64,000 bases of DNA from Oligoflexales bacterium (lineage in GTDB: Bacteria > Bdellovibrionota_B > Oligoflexia > Oligoflexales > Bog-1112), in the NCBI GenBank assembly GCA_045105515.1, contig JBGCDR010000060.1, forward strand, positions 46,346 through 110,345, written 5' to 3'. Shown one piece after another: positions 20,177 to 29,743 of the stretch; the first letter of the stretch is position 1, and every line of letters begins with the position of its first letter. A program made the position numbers and the translations under genes. Under the pieces are notes generated by a model, which had not been told where the DNA came from, did not search any database, and was given only the letters and a program-made list of their open reading frames with translations.

Positions 20177-21238
20177 TTGCCGGATTATCAAAGAGTCTTA
20201 CTAATCCAATTACGTCAATTAGGGGACATCATCCTCAGCACCCCTTGTATCCGAGAAGTACGCCGAGAGTTGCCAAATGCTCACATAACCTTTCTCTGTC
20301 ATAGGATGGGCAAGCAGGTGTTAGAAGGTAACCCCTATTTAGATGAACTCATTTGCTACCATGAAAAAGACAGTTATAGACAATTTTTACAAAAATTCCT
20401 TCAGATTCGCTCCCACTCCTTCGACATAGTGATCGACTTCATGAATGACCCTCGTAGTGCCTTATTTACCCTGATGTGCAAAGCTAAGCTGAAGGTTTCA
20501 ACAGACTCTTCCCGAAGGTGGGTATACAGGCAAACTTTTCCTCGAGCAAACGATGAAGAGACCTATATAGTTGATGAAAAGTTTAATTTATTGAGAAATT
20601 GTGGCTTCGCTCCTAAAAGTCGCCAACTAGACTTCCCCTGGTTCCAGAAACATTTAGGTCCCGTCCAAAATTTATTCTCTCAAGCTGACTATCATGCGGG
20701 AGACGTTGGACAAATTCGGGTTGTTTTAAGCCCAACCCATAGAAGGCCAATACGCAAATGGGCACTTGAGAAGTATTGTGAAATTGCACGTAGACTCGTC
20801 ACTAATTGGGGAGCTAAAGTAACCTGGGTATGGGGTCCAGGTGAAGAAATCGAAATTGATGATGCCATCAGCCATTGTAAAGTCAAAACCTATAAGGCTC
20901 CTGCTACAAGTTTTAAAGAGCTTGCAGCTTTAATTGCAAAACATCACTTATTTGTGGGAAATTCTAATGGCCCTAGTCATTTAGCTGTGGCAAATAATAT
21001 ATGCTCGCTCCAACTCCACGGTCACACAAAAGCAAGCTCCTGGTGCCCTTTGAATACGAAACACCAAGCAATTCAAAGCGAGGAGTATGGTAAAAAGAGG
21101 TCTCCAACCTTAGATATGATAAGCATTGAAGATGTTTGGGAGGCTCTGATTTCCTTAAAGCCTGAAGTTGAGAAGGAAAAATCTAAGCAATTGAACTCAC
21201 CTAAGAAAAGTTGGGATTGTAATTTTTCTTCAAAATAA
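20177..21238 (+). CDS. Glycosyltransferase family 9 (LPS heptosyltransferase-like)
   Basis: LGDIILSTP, NPYLDE, RKWALE, WGPGE, VGNSNGPSHLA. Confidence 0.9.
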   Translation: MPDYQRVLLIQLRQLGDIILSTPCIREVRRELPNAHITFLCHRMGKQVLEGNPYLDELICYHEKDSYRQFLQKFLQIRSHSFDIVIDFMNDPRSALFTLMCKAKLKVSTDSSRRWVYRQTFPRANDEETYIVDEKFNLLRNCGFAPKSRQLDFPWFQKHLGPVQNLFSQADYHAGDVGQIRVVLSPTHRRPIRKWALEKYCEIARRLVTNWGAKVTWVWGPGEEIEIDDAISHCKVKTYKAPATSFKELAALIAKHHLFVGNSNGPSHLAVANNICSLQLHGHTKASSWCPLNTKHQAIQSEEYGKKRSPTLDMISIEDVWEALISLKPEVEKEKSKQLNSPKKSWDCNFSSK

Positions 21239-21412
21239 TCGTTAGAATCAAACAATTGTAAAATTTGGTAATTAATCGTTCTGATTTATTATAAATTAAA
21301 ATTACTTGCAATCTATGGAACATGCGAGGATAAAAGAACAAACTTGCAAACTTTTTCGACCCATATTTCCAAAATATTCAAGATATTAGCACATTTCTGA
21401 AAATAATCTATT

Positions 21413-21439
21413 TAATGAACAAGCACTAGGCTCCGAGAC
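21413..21439 (+). promoter_or_regulatory. Sigma28/FliA-like promoter upstream of cheA
   Basis: TAAT-N15-TCCGAGAC, 31 nt before the ATG; chemotaxis genes are typical sigma28 targets. Confidence 0.45.
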
Positions 21440-21470
21440 GTATCTTCGGAAACAACAGGAGCTGTAGTCC

Positions 21471-23354
21471 ATGGATCAAAGCGATTTACTAAATGATTTG
21501 CTAGCGACATTTACAGATGAGCTTGGAGATATTGTCGAACATATCGAACAAACCTTGCTTATATTTGAAAAAGACTCTAGCAATAACCTAGTTATTGACG
21601 AATTATTCCGTTATTTTCATAATGTAAAGGGCTCCAGCAAAACTATTGGCCTAACTGGCCTATCATCCTATGCTCATGATATTGAACATATTCTTAGTCT
21701 TCTACGATCAGGTGAAATGAACGCGACACCTGCTTTAATAGATAAACTCTTGGAGTCAAGTGATCTACTAAGATCATATTTTGTACAGTTAAGTTCAGGT
21801 CCAAAATCCGAAACTAGTGAAATGGTGGAAGATCTCGAAAATTTTCGTAAGGAACTTAAAAAAGTTCATTCAAGTGAAGGCGATAAACAACAAACAGACT
21901 CAATGCAAGATGAAAAAAGCTCTAAAGATGCAAACACTGAAGATTCTGCTGCTAGCCATGCGCCGGAAGCAAGTAGAGATCAAAGTGCGAATGAGCCCTC
22001 AGAAGAGTCCTCAGACTCAGAGGCATATGGTGTTTTCTATAAACCAAAGAAAAAAGAAGCGACAAAACCAAACGAGTCAAAAGTTCAAAAACCAGCTGCA
22101 CCAAAACCAAAGCAAACAGCAGCACAGAACCAAGCAGGCCAACAGCGCCTTGAAACCATAAAGATCCCTTTAAATCGCATTGATGAATTAATGGAACTAT
22201 TTGGCGAACAAGTTATTTTACAATCTTCTTTAGATCATATCCTAGAACAAGACCTCGAATCCCAAAGAGAGTTTATAGAACAGACAGTCACCTCTCTGAA
22301 GAAAATTACTCAGGATTTAAGGTATACTATGGTGAATCTTCGAATGGTTCCCATTAGCCCCTTGTATGCAAGGCTAGAAAGGGCTGTACGCGACACAGCG
22401 AAAATTACAGGTAAACCTATTAAGTTTGTTAAGGAAGGACAGTCATCAGAACTAGATAAATCAATAGTAGATTCCCTCGTCGACCCTCTTACGCATATGG
22501 TAAGAAATGCGGTAGATCATGGGATTGAAGATGAAGAAACAAGATTGAAAAATGGCAAGCAAAAAGAGGGTGTTATCATCCTTAGTGCTGGGCGCAATGG
22601 TGGATCATTTGAAATAATTTTACGGGACGATGGCAAAGGCCTCGACCGTGAAGCCATCATCGAAAAAGCTACGAAATCGGGATTAATCACTGGAGATCCA
22701 AGTAACCTGTCAGATAATGAGGTTTATAACCTAATTTTTAACTCAGGATTTTCTACTCGACAAGAGGCAACTGAAATTTCGGGCCGAGGAGTGGGAATGG
22801 ATGTAGTCAATGAAAAACTTAAGCAACTTAAAGGTACTTGCCAAATAAAATCTGAAAAAAACAAAGGAACTGAATTTACTATAAAAGTTCCTCAAAGCCT
22901 AGCAATGTTCAATGGAACTATTATCTTGGTGAATAACGAAAGGTATGTAATTCCCAACTCAGATTTTCACGAAACCATAGCTCTTTCACCAGATACACTT
23001 AAACTGGCTGATTCCAATTTCAATAAGATTCGCTTAGAGGAACGCATACTAACCGTTCTAGATTTACGCGAAATACTTGCTATAAACTACCGCAAAGAAA
23101 AAGGTAATGCAAAGTCTAAAAACTACCACCTAGCACTGATAACAAGGTTTGAAAACCAGGAATATGCACTACTTGTGAGTGATATTATCTCACAGGAGCA
23201 AATTGTTTTGAAAGAACTAACTCAAGAAGTAAATCAAATCAAAGAGTCTTGTGGAGGAACGATTTTAGGTGATGGAAAAGTAGCACTAGTTCTTGACCTA
23301 AGAAAACTAATAGCTGGAAATAAAAGGAGCCCTAAGCTCCAACTAGCCGGATGA
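21471..23354 (+). CDS. cheA: Chemotaxis histidine kinase CheA without an evident P2 domain
   Basis: HPt LFRYFHNVKG, DPLTHMVRNAVDHGIE, DDGKGLD, SGRGVGMDVV, C-terminal CheW domain. Confidence 0.96.
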   Translation: MDQSDLLNDLLATFTDELGDIVEHIEQTLLIFEKDSSNNLVIDELFRYFHNVKGSSKTIGLTGLSSYAHDIEHILSLLRSGEMNATPALIDKLLESSDLLRSYFVQLSSGPKSETSEMVEDLENFRKELKKVHSSEGDKQQTDSMQDEKSSKDANTEDSAASHAPEASRDQSANEPSEESSDSEAYGVFYKPKKKEATKPNESKVQKPAAPKPKQTAAQNQAGQQRLETIKIPLNRIDELMELFGEQVILQSSLDHILEQDLESQREFIEQTVTSLKKITQDLRYTMVNLRMVPISPLYARLERAVRDTAKITGKPIKFVKEGQSSELDKSIVDSLVDPLTHMVRNAVDHGIEDEETRLKNGKQKEGVIILSAGRNGGSFEIILRDDGKGLDREAIIEKATKSGLITGDPSNLSDNEVYNLIFNSGFSTRQEATEISGRGVGMDVVNEKLKQLKGTCQIKSEKNKGTEFTIKVPQSLAMFNGTIILVNNERYVIPNSDFHETIALSPDTLKLADSNFNKIRLEERILTVLDLREILAINYRKEKGNAKSKNYHLALITRFENQEYALLVSDIISQEQIVLKELTQEVNQIKESCGGTILGDGKVALVLDLRKLIAGNKRSPKLQLAG

Positions 23355-23857
23355 AAACTATGAGTAATGAAACAATTGAATCAGAAAAAATTGGACAAGG
23401 CAGATTTATTATTTTTTGCCTTCACAACAAAAACTATGCGATACCTTTGGCAAAGGTTAAAGAGATCATTAGACCACCCATGATCACTCCACTCCCTAAG
23501 GTTCCAAGTTTTTATAAAGGACTCATCAACGTTAGAGGCCAGATTATTTCTATTGTTGATATGAGGCTGCGTTTGGGGTTGCCAGAGGAACAAGCCGTTC
23601 CTAAGAAAACTTGTGTGATAATTTCTTATGTTGGAAACCTTCTAGTAGGAGCAATTGTCGATGAAATTCTCGATGTTACTAGCTATGAGGATGCTCAAAT
23701 CAGTTTTGAAGAATTTGAACGTGGAAAAAACCGCAACGATGGTGTTTTTGCAGTAGCTAAAAGTGAATCAGGCGACCTAACCTTACTAATTGACCTTGAA
23801 AAATCACTTGAAGGGACTGCGTTTGAGAACACTTCCCAAGAAAAATATGCGTCTTAA
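23351..23857 (+). CDS. cheW: Chemotaxis coupling protein CheW
   Basis: YAIPLAKVKEII, GLINVRGQIISIVDMR, VGAIVD; ATGA overlap with cheA. Confidence 0.95.
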   Translation: MKTMSNETIESEKIGQGRFIIFCLHNKNYAIPLAKVKEIIRPPMITPLPKVPSFYKGLINVRGQIISIVDMRLRLGLPEEQAVPKKTCVIISYVGNLLVGAIVDEILDVTSYEDAQISFEEFERGKNRNDGVFAVAKSESGDLTLLIDLEKSLEGTAFENTSQEKYAS

Positions 23858-23868
23858 AAGGAAATCCT

Positions 23869-25800
23869 ATGGGACTAGCTAATAAAAAGCCATCGTCATT
23901 TGAGCTTCCTCCAATTAAAAGAGAGGAGTTCGAAAAAATTTCAAAGATTTTAAAGGATAAAACTGGTATTACTCTTGGAGAGTCTAAGGATAGTTTGATT
24001 TCAGCTAGACTTGGAAAGAGACTAAGAGCGCTCAACCTCCATAATTGGGATGAATACCATCAGTTTATATTAAGAAATAGCGATGGTGAATTAGAAAACT
24101 TCATTAACGCTTTAACCACAAATAAAACTGAGTTTTTCAGAGAAAATGAGCACTTTACCTTTATTGAGCAACAACTAAAAAAGTTTCCACCTAAAGGAAC
24201 TGTAACTGTATGGGTGGTAGCCTCTTCGACGGGGCAAGAGGCTTATTCACTTGCAATTTGCCTTTCGGAACTGTCGGAAAAGTTAAACCGCTTTGACTTT
24301 AGAATTTTAGCAAGCGACATTGATACCCAAGCCCTTGAAACTGGAGAGCGTGGTGTCTATAGTGCCAATTCAGTTAATAACGAGGTACCAAATCACCTCA
24401 TAAAAAAATACTTTCTTAGAGGAAGTGGTAAGAATGCAGGTTTCTACCGTGCTAGCCCACAACTAGCCTCTAAAATTAAATTCCGCAAACATAATATCTG
24501 CGATTTTAACCTGTCAATTCCTATGAAGTTTAACTTTGTTTTTGTTCGAAATATTTTAATTTATTTCGATGAAAGTACTATTCGTCGAGTAGTTACAAAA
24601 TTAAAATCACAACTTGACCCTAAAGGTTTTATAATCAGCGGTCTATGCGAAAACCTAGATGTCACCAGCCATAAACTTAAGAAGGTTTCTCAATCTGTTT
24701 ACGAATTGCCATCAAACATAAACAGTTCGAGATTAACAAATTCCTCCTCCGATCAATCAGTCAGGCCCCAAGGAAAAATATCTGTTCTAATCGTTGATGA
24801 TTCCAAAGTTATTCAAAAAACTCTTGTAAAAGCCATTGAGGACGACCCCAAAATGGAAGTATTTGGGGTCGCAAATGACCCATTAGAAGCAGAAAAGCTG
24901 ATGTCAAATTTAGAGCCAGATGTTATAACCCTTGATATCAATATGCCTAATGTCTCAGGAATCGAGTACCTTGAAACTCTAATACCCAAGCGGAAACTAC
25001 CTGTAATCATGGTCAGTGCAGCAAATAATGAAGATGGGATGCTATCACTAAAATCAATGGAGCTCGGAGCCATTGACTTTATTCAAAAGCCAGAATTAAA
25101 ATCATTCGATGATTTCGCCCAAGTTCTCCGTGATAAAATCACTAGTGCTCAAAAGATTAAAAAATCTCTCATAAAAAAAACCAGCTTTACTTCTCCAACT
25201 GCGAACAATATAGAAATAAAACGCAGAAGCAAGTCTATTATTGCTATTGGATCTTCCACCGGGGGAACTGTTGCTCTTGCTAAAGTTCTAAGCAAACTGC
25301 CCAAGTCATTTCCTCCCATACTGATTGTCCAACACATTCCCAGCTACTTTTCAAAACTCTTAGCTAATAGACTTAACGAAGGATGCTTATTAGAAGTTTC
25401 TGAAGCAGAACACGGCACTCCGATCGAGTGGGGTAAAGTTATTATTGCTCCTGGGGGAAAACACTTAAAAATAGCTAGAAGTAAGGAAGGTAAGTTAGTT
25501 GCACATGTTACCGAAGGTGCAGCTGTAAACAGGCATATTCCATCTGCTGATGTCTTGTTCGAATCAATGGCTAAAGTGGTAGGTAAGGATGCCATAGGGG
25601 TCATATTGACGGGCATGGGTAAAGACGGAGCAAAAGGACTCGTTGAAATGAAGCAAGCTGGATCCTATAACTTCGCTCAGGATGAACAAAGTTCGGTAGT
25701 TTTTGGAATGCCAAAAGAAGCGATTAAACTAGGCGCGGCTAACGAGGTCATATCGTTAGATGAAGTTCCAGATAAACTCTATAAATATCTAAATAAGTAG
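23869..25800 (+). CDS. cheR-cheB: Fused CheR methyltransferase - receiver - CheB methylesterase
   Basis: CheR: LTTNKTEFFRE, SSTGQEAYS, ASDID, RNILIYF. REC: VDDS, DVITLDINMP. CheB: IGSSTGG, VQHIP, LTGMGKDGA. No stop between them. Confidence 0.93.
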   Translation: MGLANKKPSSFELPPIKREEFEKISKILKDKTGITLGESKDSLISARLGKRLRALNLHNWDEYHQFILRNSDGELENFINALTTNKTEFFRENEHFTFIEQQLKKFPPKGTVTVWVVASSTGQEAYSLAICLSELSEKLNRFDFRILASDIDTQALETGERGVYSANSVNNEVPNHLIKKYFLRGSGKNAGFYRASPQLASKIKFRKHNICDFNLSIPMKFNFVFVRNILIYFDESTIRRVVTKLKSQLDPKGFIISGLCENLDVTSHKLKKVSQSVYELPSNINSSRLTNSSSDQSVRPQGKISVLIVDDSKVIQKTLVKAIEDDPKMEVFGVANDPLEAEKLMSNLEPDVITLDINMPNVSGIEYLETLIPKRKLPVIMVSAANNEDGMLSLKSMELGAIDFIQKPELKSFDDFAQVLRDKITSAQKIKKSLIKKTSFTSPTANNIEIKRRSKSIIAIGSSTGGTVALAKVLSKLPKSFPPILIVQHIPSYFSKLLANRLNEGCLLEVSEAEHGTPIEWGKVIIAPGGKHLKIARSKEGKLVAHVTEGAAVNRHIPSADVLFESMAKVVGKDAIGVILTGMGKDGAKGLVEMKQAGSYNFAQDEQSSVVFGMPKEAIKLGAANEVISLDEVPDKLYKYLNK

Positions 25801-26035
25801 CAAAAAAATATGTCCTAGCGGACATGGAGTACTATCAAGACTCAACTATTCTTCTTCAGAAAATCCCACCAAATATTATTTTTTCTCTTCGTTAGAATTT
25901 ATCTATTGCAAAATCTTATTGTCCTAGTAGGTGTTAACCTGGGCTCATTTTCGCGTTGCTAGGAACTGATGACTTCAATAATACCATGCAACATAAGTGA
26001 ACCTGAAAGCAGCTCAAGGGAGAATAGGAGAACTT

Positions 26036-27331
26036 ATGTCGAAAAAACATGAATATGCAAGCGGATTTGCGAGTTATTTTGAAACTGAGGCCATGGAAGG
26101 AGCTCTTCCCAAGGGAAAAAATGCTCCCCAAAAACCGCCTTTAGGACTTTATACGGAGCAGCTTAGTGGAACAGCCTTCACCCGCCCTAGGTCGCAAAAC
26201 TTCAGAACTTGGCTTTATCGCATACAACCTTCAGTCAGCCAAGGCAAGTTCTCCCATCTACCTATGAAGCTATTTTCATCGCCACCATTTGCAAATTGTG
26301 AACCAAGCTCTCCAAACCAAATGCGTTGGGATCCTTTGCCGTTACCTCAAGAAAAACTGGATTTTATTGATGGTTGTATAAGTTGGTTAGGAATTGGAAG
26401 CCCTCAAGCCTTTGCTGGTGGAGCTATCCACCTGTACGCCTGCACTAAGTCAATGGATAACCGTTTTTTTTACAACTGCGATGCAGAGCTTCTAGTGGTA
26501 CCACAGGATGGAGCTCTTTCCATTGTTACAGAGCTTGGTAGCCTCGATCTAGTACCAGGGTTCATTGCCTGTCTTCCTAGAGGAATTAAATTCCAGGTAA
26601 ATCCTACAGGAAGGCATGCAAGGGGCTACTTATTGGAAAACTTTGGCCAACCATTTCATTTACCTGAACTAGGTCCCATTGGCGCAAATGGTCTAGCAAA
26701 TCCCCGCGACTTTGAGTACCCAAAGGCCGAATATTTTGACACAAGTGGTGATTTTCAGATTATCTGCAAATATCAGGGGCAAATGTGGCTAAGCTTTCAG
26801 AATCATCATCCGCTAGATGTGGTTGCCTGGCATGGAAATTATGCTCCCTATCGCTATGACCTACGCTTATTCAATACTATGGGATCTATAAGTTTTGACC
26901 ATCCTGACCCTTCTATTTTTACTGTTCTTACATCTCAAACTGACTCCCCAGGTATCGCTAATATAGATTTTGTGATCTTCCCTCAACGCTGGATGGTTGC
27001 TGAAGACACGTTTAGACCTCCTTACTACCATCGCAACATTATGAGCGAATATATGGGTCTCATTTATGGAACTTATGATGCTAAACCTGGTGGTTTTGTC
27101 CCTGGAGGAGGGTCCCTACACAATTGTATGGCACCTCATGGACCAGACCGTGACGCTTTCCTAGCTGCCACTGCAGCAGATTTGAAACCTGAAAATTATC
27201 AAGATACTCTAGCATTTATGTTTGAAAGCAAGCTTATTTGGCAACCAACAAGATTTGCACTAGATACCCACCTCTTACAACAAAACTATCAAGAGTGTTG
27301 GACTGGGCTTCCAAACAACTTCAAAAATTGA
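26036..27331 (+). CDS. hmgA: Homogentisate 1,2-dioxygenase
   Basis: LYTEQLSGTAFT, GPIGANGLANPRDF, FDHPDPSIFTVLT, PYYHRNIMSE, HGPD. AGGAG precedes ATG 26036. Confidence 0.97.
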   Translation: MSKKHEYASGFASYFETEAMEGALPKGKNAPQKPPLGLYTEQLSGTAFTRPRSQNFRTWLYRIQPSVSQGKFSHLPMKLFSSPPFANCEPSSPNQMRWDPLPLPQEKLDFIDGCISWLGIGSPQAFAGGAIHLYACTKSMDNRFFYNCDAELLVVPQDGALSIVTELGSLDLVPGFIACLPRGIKFQVNPTGRHARGYLLENFGQPFHLPELGPIGANGLANPRDFEYPKAEYFDTSGDFQIICKYQGQMWLSFQNHHPLDVVAWHGNYAPYRYDLRLFNTMGSISFDHPDPSIFTVLTSQTDSPGIANIDFVIFPQRWMVAEDTFRPPYYHRNIMSEYMGLIYGTYDAKPGGFVPGGGSLHNCMAPHGPDRDAFLAATAADLKPENYQDTLAFMFESKLIWQPTRFALDTHLLQQNYQECWTGLPNNFKN

Positions 27332-27341
27332 GAACCTATTT

Positions 27342-27878
27342 ATGGATTTTTATTTGAATACTAGCAACAAAGGAAAGTTAGCTGAATTTGAAAAGCTCTT
27401 TGCCCTCCACGGCCTGAGCTTGAAGTCAGGTACACTCGATTTACCGGAAATTGATGCAGACCCAATGAGTGTCATAGTCCATAAAGCGAGTTCCTTAGAT
27501 GAGAATTGCCTTGTTGACGATACCAGCTTAGATGTTGAAGGAACAAAAATTGGCGTCAATATACGCTGGCTCCTAAACAATCTTCAATTGCATCTAGGAA
27601 AAAGAGCTACTTGGACCGTACTTCTAGGTCATAAGAAGGATCAAAAGGTCAATATCTACAAAGGTGAAGTACATGGCCTTATTGTCAAACCTCAGGGCGA
27701 TGAGGGGTTCGGCTTTGATCCTTACTTTTGCCCAAAAGGGCGCAGTGAAACCTTAGCACAAAGTAAACCTCACGATGTCAATGCTCGTGCAATTGCTGTT
27801 GAAAATTTTGTTACTAAGAGGATTTATCAAGTTCATAAACCTATCACCGACTGGCGAGGTTCTTGGCAACAAACATAG
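27342..27878 (+). CDS. Ham1/RdgB-like non-canonical purine NTP pyrophosphatase, divergent
   Basis: TSNKGKLAE, DLPEI, VDDTSL, GFGFDPYF, TLAQ; the usual SHR is replaced by NAR. Confidence 0.8.
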   Translation: MDFYLNTSNKGKLAEFEKLFALHGLSLKSGTLDLPEIDADPMSVIVHKASSLDENCLVDDTSLDVEGTKIGVNIRWLLNNLQLHLGKRATWTVLLGHKKDQKVNIYKGEVHGLIVKPQGDEGFGFDPYFCPKGRSETLAQSKPHDVNARAIAVENFVTKRIYQVHKPITDWRGSWQQT

Positions 27879-27882
27879 GATG

Positions 27883-28263
27883 TTATTTTTGCTTTGAAAG
27901 AATATGTGAAACCAGCTTCTCAACCACATCTTGTTTAATGGGTTTAATACACCATCCTTTGACCCCTGCGACTTTGGCTATACTTATGGCCTGTGGGTTA
28001 TCCTCGGTAGTTAATACTACAAAAGGGATATCAGGGTAGGAACCATACTCATTAACTATGACTGTCTGAATCATGGTTAGCCCATCCATAACTGGCATAT
28101 TTACGTCAACAAATGCTAACTCACAATCGGTACTTTGTTTAAGTTTCCTTAAACCCTCACTACCATCACCAGCTTCTATAACCTCATGACCAATTGCTTC
28201 AAGCATCGTTCGCATACTTGCTCTCATAGGAGCAGAGTCATCGACTATAAGTATTTTTGGCAT
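27883..28263 (-). CDS. Single-domain response regulator (CheY-like)
   Basis: VDDS, DVNMPVMDG, LTTE, KP. Confidence 0.92.
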   Translation of the reverse strand: MPKILIVDDSAPMRASMRTMLEAIGHEVIEAGDGSEGLRKLKQSTDCELAFVDVNMPVMDGLTMIQTVIVNEYGSYPDIPFVVLTTEDNPQAISIAKVAGVKGWCIKPIKQDVVEKLVSHILSKQK

Positions 28264-28382
28264 CGCTTAGACCTTCAGGTAAGTAAATCTCTTGATTTTA
28301 TCATTAATAACCATAGAATTTAATACTAAATTTCATTGATGGATTTTGGAAGTAAGCTTATTCGCAACTCAAGCTTTGTTTT

Positions 28383-29609
28383 CTACTGTTTTAAGGCTTT
28401 AGAAACTCTAAAACAAAAGCTTGATCCGCTGGGATGGTTGTCTTCGACCCAAATCAATCCTTGGTGAGCTTCGATAACCTTCTGACAAAAAGCGAGACCT
28501 AAACCTTGGCTACTTCCACTCACTTCATTCGTGAGTTTATCTAATTTGAAATTCTTGATGAAAACTTTTTGTTTAAAGTGATTGGGGATACCAGGGCCTT
28601 GGTCCTTAACTTTAAAAACAACACAATTTTTAGAGGGCTCATCTAAACAGTCAATTTGAATTTTGTTGCTCATTGGCGCATATTTATTAGCGTTTGAAAT
28701 GAGGTTTTCAAGGGTTCTACTGATGAGATCGTTATCTAAGACTACTTTTTCTGCTTGAATAACGCCTATCTCCATTGGCAAACATTCTTCATTGCTTAAA
28801 CTTTGGATCAGTGTCTCTAAAAATTCTCTTATATTTACTGACTCTAATTTTAGCTGATCGGTAAAAAGCTGATCCCCATCTGCTCCTAAATATTTCTCAA
28901 TCATTTGACCGATTCTAATGGCCGAGTTAGATATTTTTTCGATATATTTTTCTGGATCCTTCTTCTTTCCAACCATATTGCAGGCACTTACAATCACCGA
29001 AAGGGGGTTTTTGAAGTCGTGAATTAACATTGAAGTTAAATCTTGGTTCTCTTGAAGAAGCTCTTGGACCCGAGAAAAATTAAACCTAAGCTCCTCTTCT
29101 TGCTTCATAGTTTGAAAGTTTTGAAATCGCAGTTTAAGGTTGGAAGAGACTGCTTCGGCTAATATTTTCAAACCATCAATCTGTCTATCCGAGGGCTGCC
29201 GTTCCTTAACATCAAGAACACAAAGTGTTCCAAGATTTAATCCACTTTCATATTGAATGGGCACCCCTGCATAAAACTTAACATTTGGCTCATTAACAAC
29301 AAATGGATTATTAGAAAACCTAGTGTCCTTTTTCATATCGGTAACTATGAGAGGCTCATTCTTTAGTATTGTATGAGTACAAAAAGAGATTTCTCTTGGT
29401 GTTTCAACCAGGTCCACACCAGTTTTAGCCTTAAACCACTGCCTGTTTTTATCAATTAGGCTCATTAAACTAATAGGCGTTTCTAGTATATTCGCTGCTA
29501 GCTCCGCAAGATGCTGATATTCTTTTTCAATATCTGTATCCAGGATAAACAAGTCATACAGTGATTTAAGCCGCAGCTCTTCATTTTTTGGCAAAGGAAT
29601 AGTTTTCAA
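28383..29609 (-). CDS. GAF-domain cytoplasmic sensor histidine kinase
   Basis: GAF (SFCTHTI, FYAGVPI, GTLCVLD), H-box HDFKNPL, NLISNANKY, DQGPGI, GLGLAFC. Confidence 0.93.
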   Translation of the reverse strand: MKTIPLPKNEELRLKSLYDLFILDTDIEKEYQHLAELAANILETPISLMSLIDKNRQWFKAKTGVDLVETPREISFCTHTILKNEPLIVTDMKKDTRFSNNPFVVNEPNVKFYAGVPIQYESGLNLGTLCVLDVKERQPSDRQIDGLKILAEAVSSNLKLRFQNFQTMKQEEELRFNFSRVQELLQENQDLTSMLIHDFKNPLSVIVSACNMVGKKKDPEKYIEKISNSAIRIGQMIEKYLGADGDQLFTDQLKLESVNIREFLETLIQSLSNEECLPMEIGVIQAEKVVLDNDLISRTLENLISNANKYAPMSNKIQIDCLDEPSKNCVVFKVKDQGPGIPNHFKQKVFIKNFKLDKLTNEVSGSSQGLGLAFCQKVIEAHQGLIWVEDNHPSGSSFCFRVSKALKQ

Positions 29610-29678
29610 TTTTACCTACCCTGCGATAGTTTTGAAGACAAAAAGCTTTATTACATAAATAAAGCCTGTATAAATATG

Positions 29679-29706
29679 ATATCGGCTTGAGAGGATAAAT
29701 GCTTTA
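29679..29706 (-). promoter_or_regulatory. Sigma28/FliA-like promoter upstream of the GAF kinase
   Basis: Minus strand TAAA-N16-GCCGATAT, near-perfect -10 box. Confidence 0.6.
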
Positions 29707-29743
29707 AGCTGTCAAGAATAGTGAATAAGTAGAAGATGAAGAA

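Noticed and set aside
25920..26010. GTC...CTGATGA...GAAA upstream of hmgA resembling a hammerhead ribozyme
   Set aside because: The candidate stem I ends 3 nt before CTGATGA, and there is no stem II closed by GAAA or matching stem III.
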